From positions 1 to 61,674 of the forward strand of contig CAZYLH010000002.1 in the NCBI GenBank assembly GCA_964648695.1: 61,674 bases of DNA. The letters are read 5' to 3'. A program made the translations under genes and the position numbers. The stretch comes from an uncultured Lachnospiraceae bacterium. Lineage in GTDB: Bacteria > Bacillota > Clostridia > Lachnospirales > Lachnospiraceae. Below, piece by piece: positions 46,197 to 55,807 of this stretch. How positions within the stretch are numbered: the first letter of the stretch is position 1; every line of letters starts with the position of its first letter. The notes under the pieces are model-generated. The model was not told the DNA's origin. It ran no database searches and saw nothing but the letters and a program-made list of their open reading frames with translations.

Positions 46197-49139
46197 ATGA
46201 AGACTATTTTCCAGGAATTTCAAAAGCCCGGCATAGACAGCCGCGGCATGTTTCGCTGCTGGTTTCCGGATGCCGGTGCAGATTTAGATCGGGTTTCCCA
46301 TCAGGTTCGAAGCGTCTATGAAGCCGGATTTAGCGGCATGGAGATCGCCATGGTGCCACAGTACGCCGAATTTGACCAGCGAGAATACGGCTGGGCAACA
46401 CCTCGCTGGAAGGAAATGCTTCGCACCATTTTGCGCACAGCAGACAGCCTCCCGGAGGCTTTTAAGATCGATCTTACCATCACCGCCCACTGGCCCCCTG
46501 CGCTAAATACCATTGACCCAAACCATCCTGCAGCTCAAAAAGAACTGCGCCACACCGTCACAAAGATCACCTCAGGCGGCACTTTGGAACTGCCCCTGCC
46601 CGAAACTCGCGTGTGTGATGATGACGGCGACGATGCTGCACACTTTATCTTTACGGACACCTTCTTATGCGCCATCACAGGCACCATTGTCGGCAGGAAG
46701 GATGATAAGTACATCTTAGCGCAGGACTCCCTTCGGGATGTCTCAGAATTTGTAACCGTATTAGATAAAACTACGCCCGCAGGCATTGCTCTGGATGAAA
46801 ACCGTTTCGGTTCAAAGCCAAAGCTGGCTGACACACAGCACTACTACGCCATCGACCTTGACGCCGCCGGGATCCCCGCCTGTTCAGAAAGCGACTGGCA
46901 GGAGGGTGATACTCTGCTCTTTGCATATTTCACCCGCGGCACCGGTCAGACCCTGTCCGGCAGATCCATGCCAGAGGTTCATATGCATCTGCCAATGGCT
47001 GATAAAATGTATGCCGCCGACTACTACTCTGCGGAAGGAACCGATGCCATCATCGACGTATGGGAAAGTCAGATCCTTAACGATCCCGAAATCCGCACTC
47101 TGCTTAACAAAAACGGCGGCGCTATTTTTGAGGATTCCATTGAGCTGGCATGTGCCACCATTCCCTGGACCAACAGGTTTGCCAAGGAGTTTCGCCGCTT
47201 CCGGGGCTATGATATTCTGCCGTTTTTGCCGGTGCTGCAGAGCCTTAAAGGAAGTCCCGTCCGGTTTCTGGTGGACAGCCGCATAGAAAAGCTTCTGGTG
47301 GATGATTACTATACCACTTTAAACGACTTGTACCTGCGCGACCATGTTGAGCGGCTTAAAACCTGGACCCGTACCTTTGGCTATCAGTACCGGGCTCAAT
47401 CCTACGGCGGCGACGTAAACACCGCCGCAGCCTCATGCGTTTTAGACATCGCTGAGGGCGAAAGCCTGGGCTTTGGAGAAATGCGGGAGTTTTTCCGCAA
47501 TATTTCAGGCGGTGTCCACATGACGGGGCGGAAATTTTTCTCAGACGAGATCTTGGCTGACCTGATGAAAGGCTATGCCTTAGACTGGAAATGTGCCACC
47601 GCCACCTTTAACAGCAACTGGGCTGCCGGTGTCAACCGGGTTGTTATCCATGGTATGAGCTTCGAGAGGGAGGTCTCTGACAAGTACAACCAGTGGCCCG
47701 GCTGGCACGCATTCCAGGATACATTTGCTGATCCCTGGGGCGAACGTCAGCCGTATTGGGAGCATATAAGGAGCCTCTCCGATATGATCGCTCGGACTCA
47801 GGCGGTACTGCAGTCCGGCAAGCCGAAAATAGATCTGGCAATCTATAAGGGCCAGCGGGCCTATGGCTGTGGATATACCCGCCTGTTAGACTTTGGCTAC
47901 AGCTACGACGTCATATCAAATCCTCACTTATTCCTTCCCCAGTGCGTGGTGCAGTACGGAAGTTTATGTCCCGATGGACCGGCTTACAGAGCGCTACTCA
48001 TCGTGGATCAGGAAATGCTGCCATCATCCGCCGCCGAAAAGCTAAAGGCCTTAGCCGCTGATGGTCTGCCCATCATCTTTGTGGGACGTCTGCCAGTACA
48101 GGCTACCGGCGCATTTACACCAAACAGTAACGTCACAGATGCCGTTAAAACCATGCTTAGCATGCCAGGCGTCTTTTATGTCCGTGACTTAGACGAGGCA
48201 GTGGCCACATTAAAAACGCTTAGCATCACTGCCCGGGCTTCTTACAGAGACGTAAAACTTGAATCCATCTGCCGTGCTGATGAGAGCGGCACTTACTACT
48301 TCCTGTTTAACAATGACACGGACGATGTATCCGCCAACATTACGCTTAAAGGCTCCGGCCGTCCCGTAATTCTAAACGCCTGGACCGGTGCCATAACGCC
48401 GATCCCCTTCACTCAAGTAGAAGAAGGCGTTATGATAAATGTCTCCCTGGCATCAAAAGACGCGATGATTCTGGCTCTGCTTCCGGATGCACAGACGCCG
48501 CAGGTACGTGAAGATCTGCCATCCATTACACTTAGGGCTCTAGACACCACCGTGGAGTCCTGGGGGCCGGATGAGGATGCCGCAGTTCCAACACAGGCTA
48601 AAAGAACCACCGTTTCTTTTGGCGCTCAGCCCGTCGGCCCCTGGGATGCTCTTCCGGCTACCAAAGAGCAATTAGCAGAGCTTGGCGTGGATGGCATGCA
48701 CCATGTCTCCGGCCGCGGCTTCTACCGCACCGCTTTCTCCCTGCCCGCCTGTGACGGGGCAGTGCTTACCGTTTCCACTGGTGAGTGCATGGTGGTTGGC
48801 GGCAGCATCAATGGCAAAAACCTGCCTGCAATAAACCAGCGCAGCGGACAGGTGGATCTTACCGGTCTGGTACATGAAGGGGACAACCAGCTAGAGCTGG
48901 TGTTAGCCACCACCTTAATCAACCGCCTGCGAATTTCTCATCCACTTTTTGACGGCAATGGAGATATCCCCGCGCCGCCGTCCGGCCATGACGCTAACAG
49001 CGATGATACTATTGGCAATGAGGACTATGAGCTGCCCGGTGCTCCCGCGGTTATACCAACGCCCACCTTTGGGCCTTTTACCTACGGTTTGTACAGTGCA
49101 GTGATCACGCCGTATGTGGCGTTAAAGAATCTGAAGTAA
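46197..49139 (+). CDS. large intracellular glycoside hydrolase (GH106-like / rhamnosidase-type with C-terminal galactose-binding-like jelly roll); specificity unknown
   Basis: No signal peptide. N-terminal SRGMFRCWFPDAG motif, C-terminal GRGFYRTAFSLP...INGKNL...GDNQLELVL sugar-binding-like domain. The second ATG (46197) has AAAGGAG plus 8 nt. Family assignment is from memory only. Confidence 0.5.
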   Translation: MKTIFQEFQKPGIDSRGMFRCWFPDAGADLDRVSHQVRSVYEAGFSGMEIAMVPQYAEFDQREYGWATPRWKEMLRTILRTADSLPEAFKIDLTITAHWPPALNTIDPNHPAAQKELRHTVTKITSGGTLELPLPETRVCDDDGDDAAHFIFTDTFLCAITGTIVGRKDDKYILAQDSLRDVSEFVTVLDKTTPAGIALDENRFGSKPKLADTQHYYAIDLDAAGIPACSESDWQEGDTLLFAYFTRGTGQTLSGRSMPEVHMHLPMADKMYAADYYSAEGTDAIIDVWESQILNDPEIRTLLNKNGGAIFEDSIELACATIPWTNRFAKEFRRFRGYDILPFLPVLQSLKGSPVRFLVDSRIEKLLVDDYYTTLNDLYLRDHVERLKTWTRTFGYQYRAQSYGGDVNTAAASCVLDIAEGESLGFGEMREFFRNISGGVHMTGRKFFSDEILADLMKGYALDWKCATATFNSNWAAGVNRVVIHGMSFEREVSDKYNQWPGWHAFQDTFADPWGERQPYWEHIRSLSDMIARTQAVLQSGKPKIDLAIYKGQRAYGCGYTRLLDFGYSYDVISNPHLFLPQCVVQYGSLCPDGPAYRALLIVDQEMLPSSAAEKLKALAADGLPIIFVGRLPVQATGAFTPNSNVTDAVKTMLSMPGVFYVRDLDEAVATLKTLSITARASYRDVKLESICRADESGTYYFLFNNDTDDVSANITLKGSGRPVILNAWTGAITPIPFTQVEEGVMINVSLASKDAMILALLPDAQTPQVREDLPSITLRALDTTVESWGPDEDAAVPTQAKRTTVSFGAQPVGPWDALPATKEQLAELGVDGMHHVSGRGFYRTAFSLPACDGAVLTVSTGECMVVGGSINGKNLPAINQRSGQVDLTGLVHEGDNQLELVLATTLINRLRISHPLFDGNGDIPAPPSGHDANSDDTIGNEDYELPGAPAVIPTPTFGPFTYGLYSAVITPYVALKNLK

Positions 49140-49190
49140 AAAACACCGCTGTAATGCCTTTATAAGATAGGCGTTACAGCGGTGTTTTAC
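49138..49190. terminator. bidirectional terminator between the convergent GH and lgt genes
   Basis: 17-bp stem AACACCGCTGTAATGCC (49142-49158) pairs with GGCGTTACAGCGGTGTT (49170-49186, one mismatch). It is flanked by A-run and T-run and overlaps the lgt stop. Confidence 0.75.
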
Positions 49191-50098
49191 TGCTCCTCTG
49201 CTATTTTCTCCTGAGGCTCCTCCCTAGGCACTTCCTCCACTCTATTCTTTGCCCTTGCGTGGCCAATAGCCAGAGCAGCAATCCCCACAAGTACCAGTAT
49301 GGCGGATAAAATCTGTGAAACAGCCCAGTCTGTGTTCCAGAGCTTTAGCTGATCCGTCCTAAGGCCCTCTATAAAGAAACGCCCCAGACCGTAGCCCACA
49401 AAGTAGATGTACAAAAGCTCACCCTTAAATTTTCTGTGCTTTCTGTAGATGAGCATAAAGACAAGCACGCACAGGTTCCACACGGATTCGTAAAGAAAGG
49501 TCGGATGCACCTGAATATACTCTGCGGCAATATCCTGAAGATTTGCCTCCATGGCTTCCTCAAGCTCCTGGGTTATCAGGCTGGAATTTACAAGCGTCCT
49601 CTTAATCCTCATGGCAAACAAACTGTCCGTATATCCCCCGAACGCCTCACAGTTAAAGAAATTTCCCCATCTGCCGATTGCCTGCCCAAGTATCAGCCCG
49701 CAGATTCCGCAATCCGCCAGCTGCCAGGGACTGATCTTTTTCACCCTTACAAAGACTGCAAGAACGATCAGGCTCATAAGCACCGCGCCGTAGATGGCAA
49801 GTCCCCCTCCTCTTATGTTAAAGATCTGCAACGGATTTTCAGAATAGTAATCCCATTCAAAGATCACATAGTAAATGCGAGCGCCGATGATACATAAGGG
49901 TACCTCAAAGATGGCAAGATCATAGATGATTTCATCCCCCATGCCCTCCAGCTTTGCAAGCTTTGCCGCCAGGGCAATCCCTGCCAGAATACCTATGGCG
50001 ATTATGATCCCATAGAACATGATATCAAATCCAAATACGCTGATGTAGTTCTTTAAATTTTCAATCTCAATGCCAAGATTCACAAATTCGATATCCAT
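49187..50098 (-). CDS. lgt: prolipoprotein diacylglyceryl transferase
   Basis: GRWGNFFNCEAFG signature, seven hydrophobic helices, charged C-tail. Confidence 0.92.
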   Translation of the reverse strand: MDIEFVNLGIEIENLKNYISVFGFDIMFYGIIIAIGILAGIALAAKLAKLEGMGDEIIYDLAIFEVPLCIIGARIYYVIFEWDYYSENPLQIFNIRGGGLAIYGAVLMSLIVLAVFVRVKKISPWQLADCGICGLILGQAIGRWGNFFNCEAFGGYTDSLFAMRIKRTLVNSSLITQELEEAMEANLQDIAAEYIQVHPTFLYESVWNLCVLVFMLIYRKHRKFKGELLYIYFVGYGLGRFFIEGLRTDQLKLWNTDWAVSQILSAILVLVGIAALAIGHARAKNRVEEVPREEPQEKIAEEQ

Positions 50099-50107
50099 AC
50101 ATACTCC

Positions 50108-51676
50108 TTACAGCTCCATTACCTGCTGGATCTTTATCTGCCCTGCGCCGTTCTCATCAGCCCCATCCTTAGAGCTTGTTCTAAACGGTGCCACGGGTAT
50201 CTTGTTTTTGCCGTATAGGGTAACCTCACCGTAATTGGTCCAAAGATAGCGGGCATACTTTGGAGCCTCTACGCTCTCTGCCCTTAAAATGATCTTTCCC
50301 GGTAAGATCTTTACCTCTGCCAAAACGTATTTTTTATCTTCACCCGCAATCTCAAATCCGCTTAAGTCCCCATCTATGACAAAGCCATCCTGTGCATGGT
50401 CAAAGAAGACTTCAATTGTATCCCCTCTGTGAACGCAGGAGCGATATATAGGGCCAAAAGCCTCATTTTCAGAAATCTTTTTATAGACATGATACAAAGC
50501 CTGCCTTGCAAGCCTATCTCCCACAGGTCTCTTGTCCTTTGGATGAATCTCGTCAAACTCACCGCTGTCTATGATCACAGCGATACCCGTATTTTTTACT
50601 GTCTCAAAGACGCGCATCTGCGCCTCGCGCACAAAGCACCAGTGCTTATAATCCGGATCTGCCTTGTAGCGGTGCATGGGAAGTTGCACAAAGAGGAAGG
50701 GCAGTGTATCATCCTCCCAGTCATTCCTCCAGTGCTGTATAAGGCGCGACAAAAGCTTAAAATACATCTGCGGCTTGTGGTCATCGCTCTCACCCTGATA
50801 ATATATAAATCCCCTTAAGGTGTATGGCATTACGCGCTTTAACATGCACTCATAAAGCCCCGCCGGTCGGTATGGGCTGATGCAGCACATCGGGCCGGGC
50901 CAGATATTTACCCCACAGATTTCCTGCAGCTCATCCCAGCCAATGTCAGGGCGCGTTTCATAGATCTTATTTGCCTTTTCATTCCACGCAGCCTCATACG
51001 CCTCATATTCCTTGTATTCTCTGATCTGTTGCTCTACGGATTTTCCGGCAATCTCCTCCTCATACTCATCCACATAGCTTCTAAGCTGTGCGTCTTCTAA
51101 AAGGCTCTCCCTGCTTATCCAAGCACTGCTGCTGCTACCACCCCAATTACAGCCGATAATTCCCACTGTAACGCCGAGCTCATCTGCGATTCTTTTTGCA
51201 AAAAGGTAGCCAACCGCAGACCAGGTCTTAGCGCTCTCCTCTCCAAACAGGCTCCATCCGGTCTTCTTCTCCTGCTCAAAAAAGTTCTCATCCATATTTG
51301 CAATCTTTTGGGTATAGTAAAAGCGCACGTTTTCAGTCCGGTCGTTTTTTAGCATAACTTTGCCGTCCTTCGCGTTCTGGAGCTCTAACTCCATATTGGA
51401 CTGACCACCCGCAAGCCATACCTCGCCCACAGCGACGTTTTCAAAACGCTTCTCACATCCGGCACAGCTTACCACCATCTCCAGCCCGTCATTTGCCTCC
51501 ATGGGCTCTAAGGTTACCATCCATTTGCCGTTTTTTACCGTACCGCAAAAAGTTTTGCCCAAGATCTGCACAGTTACCAGAGCTCCCTCCGGGCCCTCGC
51601 CAAAAATTTTTACTTCCTTTTGTCTTTGCAAAACCATATTGCTGCTAAACACCGCAGCCACACTAAAATCAGCCAT
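50108..51676 (-). CDS. sialate O-acetylesterase-like (SASA/DUF303) carbohydrate esterase
   Basis: VWLAGGQSNME nucleophile motif, no signal peptide. Trimmed to the ATG at 51676, preceded by AAAGGAG plus 5 nt. Confidence 0.75.
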   Translation of the reverse strand: MADFSVAAVFSSNMVLQRQKEVKIFGEGPEGALVTVQILGKTFCGTVKNGKWMVTLEPMEANDGLEMVVSCAGCEKRFENVAVGEVWLAGGQSNMELELQNAKDGKVMLKNDRTENVRFYYTQKIANMDENFFEQEKKTGWSLFGEESAKTWSAVGYLFAKRIADELGVTVGIIGCNWGGSSSSAWISRESLLEDAQLRSYVDEYEEEIAGKSVEQQIREYKEYEAYEAAWNEKANKIYETRPDIGWDELQEICGVNIWPGPMCCISPYRPAGLYECMLKRVMPYTLRGFIYYQGESDDHKPQMYFKLLSRLIQHWRNDWEDDTLPFLFVQLPMHRYKADPDYKHWCFVREAQMRVFETVKNTGIAVIIDSGEFDEIHPKDKRPVGDRLARQALYHVYKKISENEAFGPIYRSCVHRGDTIEVFFDHAQDGFVIDGDLSGFEIAGEDKKYVLAEVKILPGKIILRAESVEAPKYARYLWTNYGEVTLYGKNKIPVAPFRTSSKDGADENGAGQIKIQQVMEL

Positions 51677-51767
51677 GCCTTCTCCTTTCAAACAATTTAC
51701 CCCCGCATCTTTGTCAAAAAAAGGCGATTCTCCTTAACTTTTGTGAGAACCGCCTTATGCGCTATCT

Positions 51768-52793
51768 TTACTTAATCTCCTTAATCCAGCCCTCGGGCGC
51801 CTCTATGGTACCCATCTGGATACCCGTCAATGTCTCTCGCAGCTTTGTGATAACCGGGCCCATCTCCTCCATTCCGGTGGGGAAGCATATTTCCTTTCCG
51901 TGGTCATTAATCTTACCCACTGGGGAGATAACTGCCGCCGTACCGCAAAGACCGCACTCTGCAAAATCCCCTACCTCATCAAAGTAAACCTCTCGCTGCT
52001 CCACCTTCAGCCCTAAATAGTGCTCTGCAACATACATGAGCGAACGGCGGGTGATGGATGGCAGAATGCTGTCGGACTTTGGCGTCACAATCGTGCCGTC
52101 CTTTGTCACAAAAAGGAAGTTAGCACCGCCCGTCTCCTCCACCTTTGTCCTGGTGGCTGCGTCCAGATACATATTTTCATCAAAGCCTTTTCGATGGGCA
52201 TCCATGATGGGGAAAAGACTCATAGCGTAATTTAAGCCTGCCTTGATATGCCCCGTCCCGCGAGGTGCTGCTCTGTCATAGTCGCACACTCTTAAGGTAA
52301 TGGGCTTTACGCCGCCCTTAAAATAGGGGCCGACAGGTGTCACAAACATCCTAAACTGATACTCGCTTGAAGGCTTTACGCCGATCACCGCGTCGCTTCC
52401 AAACATATATGGTCTTATGTAAAGCGTTGCGCCGCTACCATATGGAGGAACATATCCCTCATTTGCCCGCACAACCTGACAAACTGTATCGATAAAACGC
52501 TCCTTTGGAAATACTGGCATCTCAAGCCTGTTGCAGCTGTCAATCATGCGCTCTGCGTTTAGATCAGGGCGAAAGCATACGATACGCCCATCCACTGTGG
52601 TATATGCCTTTAAGCCCTCAAAACAGGTCTGCGCATACTGCAAAACACCGGCACATTCGCTGATAGTCACATTCGCATCGGATGTCATAACGCCCTCATC
52701 CCATGCGCCGTCCTTATAATAGGAGACATAACGCTTGTCAGTCACAATATACTCAAAGCCAAGATTTTCCCAGTCAATGTTCTTTTTTTCCAT
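51768..52793 (-). CDS. ilvE: branched-chain amino acid aminotransferase
   Basis: Fold-type IV pattern (FEGLKAY, LYIRPY, VRANEGYVPPYG, KAGLNYA, EETGGANFL). The ATG at 52793 is preceded by ACGGAGG plus 6 nt. Confidence 0.9.
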   Translation of the reverse strand: MEKKNIDWENLGFEYIVTDKRYVSYYKDGAWDEGVMTSDANVTISECAGVLQYAQTCFEGLKAYTTVDGRIVCFRPDLNAERMIDSCNRLEMPVFPKERFIDTVCQVVRANEGYVPPYGSGATLYIRPYMFGSDAVIGVKPSSEYQFRMFVTPVGPYFKGGVKPITLRVCDYDRAAPRGTGHIKAGLNYAMSLFPIMDAHRKGFDENMYLDAATRTKVEETGGANFLFVTKDGTIVTPKSDSILPSITRRSLMYVAEHYLGLKVEQREVYFDEVGDFAECGLCGTAAVISPVGKINDHGKEICFPTGMEEMGPVITKLRETLTGIQMGTIEAPEGWIKEIK

Positions 52794-52920
52794 AAGAAAC
52801 CTCCGTGACAAACCAGATTTAGTAAAGCCCATGCTCTGCACTTTGCTCTTGGGTCATTCTACCACTATGCCCCTTTAACGTCAAGAAGTTTAAGGCGTGG
52901 TTATAGCGATCTTATCCGCT

Positions 52921-53622
52921 CTACCACTCAATCTCACTGATCGGAGTGGGTGCTTCATTTACCTCCATCTTTGTGACAGTTCCGCTCTTAAACCTGATGA
53001 TCCGATCAGCCATGGGGGCGATGGCAGAGTTATGTGTGATGATCACAACAGTGATCCCGTCCTTGCGGCATGTATCCTGTAGGAGCTGTAAAATCTGCTT
53101 GCCGGTGTTATAGTCAAGCGCTCCGGTTGGCTCATCGCAAAGTAAAAGCTTTGGATTTTTTGCCAGAGCCCTTGCGATGGCGACTCTCTGCTGTTCTCCT
53201 CCGGAAAGTTGCGCCGGAAAGTTTGCCATACGTTTTCCAAGACCGACTTTCTTTAACACTGTCATGCAGTCCAAGCTGTTTGGACAAATCTGACTTGCCA
53301 GCTCCACGTTTTCAAGCGCGGTTAAGTTTGGCACCAGATTATAAAACTGAAACACAAAGCCGATCTCTAACCTTCTGTACTTGATAAGCTCTCTCTCAGT
53401 AAGCTTTGTGATATCTCTTCCGTCCACCATCACTGTGCCGGAGGTGACAGTGTCCATCCCCCCGAGGATATTAAGCGCGGTGGTTTTTCCCGCACCGGAT
53501 GCGCCGAGTATCACCGCCAGCTCTCCCTCATCCACCTGAAAAGAAGCTTCATCAAGCGCCCTGATAGTGGCACTCTCCTCTCCGTATTGCTTAACTACTT
53601 TGTTAAATTCTATAAATGCCAT
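52921..53622 (-). CDS. ABC transporter ATP-binding protein (MacB/LolD/FtsE-like) with no adjacent permease
   Basis: GASGAGKTT Walker [16 protein letters not shown] signature, [12 protein letters not shown] Walker B, ITHN H-loop. Confidence 0.9.
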   Translation of the reverse strand: MAFIEFNKVVKQYGEESATIRALDEASFQVDEGELAVILGASGAGKTTALNILGGMDTVTSGTVMVDGRDITKLTERELIKYRRLEIGFVFQFYNLVPNLTALENVELASQICPNSLDCMTVLKKVGLGKRMANFPAQLSGGEQQRVAIARALAKNPKLLLCDEPTGALDYNTGKQILQLLQDTCRKDGITVVIITHNSAIAPMADRIIRFKSGTVTKMEVNEAPTPISEIEW

Positions 53623-53670
53623 GTTTGCTCCTCTTTAACCAAGCGCGGCTGTAATAAGGCCACCTTTTCA

Positions 53671-53733
53671 TAAAAAATCCTGACAGTGTGGGTGCGATAA
53701 ACTCTGATTTTTATCATACCCACACTGTCAGGA
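53671..53733 (-). terminator. strong rho-independent terminator after larC
   Basis: Perfect 16-bp stem: TCCTGACAGTGTGGGT (53678-53693) pairs with ACCCACACTGTCAGGA (53718-53733), extendable imperfectly into the loop. Minus-strand TTTTTTA follows. Confidence 0.8.
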
Positions 53734-53746
53734 TAATGCAAGCACT

Positions 53747-55045
53747 TTAGAAAGTCTTAATCTCTTCTAGCACCTCATGAAAAGCACAGCCCCTCTCTCT
53801 GGCAATCCTCGCCACATCCTCATATTCCGGATAGCTGCGCTTACTTCCATCCGGGAGAGTTACCTCTTTTACGTGTATCGGCCCAAAAGCCGTATCGCGG
53901 ACACTTTCCTTACGCGAAAGTATTGTCCTTTTGTACTTTGTGCGGCGAATGCCGATGGTGGTGGTGTGAGCAAAAATAATGCGCTCAAGCGCCGCGCGGC
54001 GCTCCTCATCGCAGAGGACATTTAACTCATAGCCCGGACGGTTTTTCTTCATATAGACAGGGCTGTAATACACATCCTTAGCACCCGCCGCAAAAAGCTC
54101 CTCCATGCAAAATCCCAAAGCCTCACCGCCACAGTCATCCACATTTGTCTCAAGCTTCCAGATATAGTCTTCCTCGCTCACTCCGACACGCTCCGCCTTA
54201 GACAAATCCTCTATAAGCATTGCCCGCAGGATACTTGGGATTTCATAAGCCCGTTTACCCGCGCCCATGCCGCTTGCAGTGATTCTATATCGCTTTGGCA
54301 GTGTGCTTTTTGTCATAACCGCCGCTAAAATTGCCGCTCCGGTGGGAGTTACTAGCTCGCCTGTCCTCTCCACTCTCTTAAGAACAATCCCAGATTCTCC
54401 CATGATGTTTAACACCGCCGGAACCGGAACTGGAAGAAAGCCGTGAGCACAGCGAACCATGCCCGTTCCCTCGCTCACCTCAGTGACGATCCCTTCCGTA
54501 ATGTTTAGATTGTCCAGACAGACCGCCGCCGCCACCACATCGACGATGGAATCCACCGCCCCAACCTCGTGAAAGTGAACTTCCTCCACGGTGGTAGCGT
54601 GAGCCTTTGCCTCCGCCCGGGCGATGATCTCAAAAATCTTTAGCGCCAGGCTTTTTGCACCAGATGTGAGATCCGCCGCCTCTATGATGGCGCGAATTTC
54701 TCTCATTCCCCTATGATGGTGGTGTCCGGCTTTTTCATGGTGGTGTACGTGTTTCTCCCCATGGTGATGGTGATCTCCAGCTTCCTCTCCGTGGTGATGA
54801 TGCTCATGCCCATAAAGATACTCCATATCATGGTCATGATTTTCCTCATCAAGGATAACGTTAAAATCACACACATCAAGGCTTGATACCTTTTTTCGCG
54901 TAATCTCCACCCGGTAGCCAGAAAGAGGCAGGCTCTTAAGTGCTTTCATAAGGGCGCTCTCATCCGCCCCCAAATCAAGCAGTGCCGCCACTGTCATGTC
55001 TCCGCTGATCCCCGTCTGACATTCCAGATACAATGTATTTCCCAT
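53747..55045 (-). CDS. larC: nickel-pincer cofactor biosynthesis protein LarC (nickel insertion), single full-length ORF
   Basis: N-terminal LYLECQTGISGDMTVAALLDLG (DUF111/LarC). His-rich tract HDHD...HEHHHHGEEAGDHHHHGEKHVHHHEKAGHHHH (nt 54713-54838). Confidence 0.88.
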   Translation of the reverse strand: MGNTLYLECQTGISGDMTVAALLDLGADESALMKALKSLPLSGYRVEITRKKVSSLDVCDFNVILDEENHDHDMEYLYGHEHHHHGEEAGDHHHHGEKHVHHHEKAGHHHHRGMREIRAIIEAADLTSGAKSLALKIFEIIARAEAKAHATTVEEVHFHEVGAVDSIVDVVAAAVCLDNLNITEGIVTEVSEGTGMVRCAHGFLPVPVPAVLNIMGESGIVLKRVERTGELVTPTGAAILAAVMTKSTLPKRYRITASGMGAGKRAYEIPSILRAMLIEDLSKAERVGVSEEDYIWKLETNVDDCGGEALGFCMEELFAAGAKDVYYSPVYMKKNRPGYELNVLCDEERRAALERIIFAHTTTIGIRRTKYKRTILSRKESVRDTAFGPIHVKEVTLPDGSKRSYPEYEDVARIARERGCAFHEVLEEIKTF

Positions 55046-55794
55046 TAGTTTCCCTTACCTTCCGCCAGTCTGTTGATCTGGGCAGCCATATAGCCCGCGC
55101 CGTAGCCGTTATCTATATTCACCACCGCGATTCCGTTGGCACATGAATTGATCATGGTGAGAAGCGCGGAAATTCCGCCCATGCTGGCACCATATCCCAC
55201 GGATGTTGGCACAGCAAGCACTGGCTTATCCACCAGACCGCCTATCACGCTTGCAAGGGCCCCCTCCATGCCTGCAACCGCTATCACACAGTTGGCTTTC
55301 TGGATTAGCTTGGTCCTTGCTAAAAGCCTGTGCAGACCGCTAACGCCTACATCATAGATACGCTCTACCGCAGTCCCAAAATGCTCCGCCGTCTGTGCGG
55401 CTTCCTCCGCTACCGGGATATCCGCCGTCCCAGCGGTACACACCGCGATCATGCCGGTGCGCTCTTTTTCTTTTTCTATCTTTAAGATTCTGGAGACAGG
55501 GTCATAGCTCACCTGCGAAAGGACACTCCTCACCACTTCATATTGGTGAGCGTCCGCTCTAGTGCCAAAGACCTCGCCCTCCTCCTCATAGAGTCTCTGA
55601 TAGATCTTTTTTAGATGTTCATCCGCCTTTCCCTGACAGAAGACCACCTCCGCGCATCCTGAGCGCAGCTTCCTGTGATGGTCAAGCTTTGCAAAGCCCA
55701 TCTCCTCAAACGGCTCACGGCGAAGCTGCAACTGGGCTTCTTCTACGCTCACCTTACCGTCCCTGACGGCCTCAAGAATATCTCTTACTTCCAT
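55045..55794 (-). CDS. larB: nickel-pincer cofactor biosynthesis protein LarB (PurE-like NaAD carboxylase/hydrolase)
   Basis: PurE-like core MIAVCTAGTADIPVAEEA...VAGMEGALASVIGG. Its stop overlaps the larC ATG (TAATG). The start is either 55794 (preferred) or 55830, which overlaps the AKR gene. Confidence 0.85.
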   Translation of the reverse strand: MEVRDILEAVRDGKVSVEEAQLQLRREPFEEMGFAKLDHHRKLRSGCAEVVFCQGKADEHLKKIYQRLYEEEGEVFGTRADAHQYEVVRSVLSQVSYDPVSRILKIEKEKERTGMIAVCTAGTADIPVAEEAAQTAEHFGTAVERIYDVGVSGLHRLLARTKLIQKANCVIAVAGMEGALASVIGGLVDKPVLAVPTSVGYGASMGGISALLTMINSCANGIAVVNIDNGYGAGYMAAQINRLAEGKGN

Positions 55795-55807
55795 CTTCTT
55801 CACTTCT

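Noticed and set aside
53678-53733. 16-bp perfect inverted repeat that could be taken for IS/MITE termini
   Set aside because: The arms are only 24 nt apart, with no ORF or target-site duplication. It is followed by a T-run on the transcribed strand, so it behaves as the larC terminator.
54713-54838. Apparent short tandem DNA repeat (catggtgatggtg-like units)
   Set aside because: It is the coding sequence of the LarC His-rich tract (HHHHGE.../HHHHGEK...). It is not a CRISPR, minisatellite or regulatory repeat.
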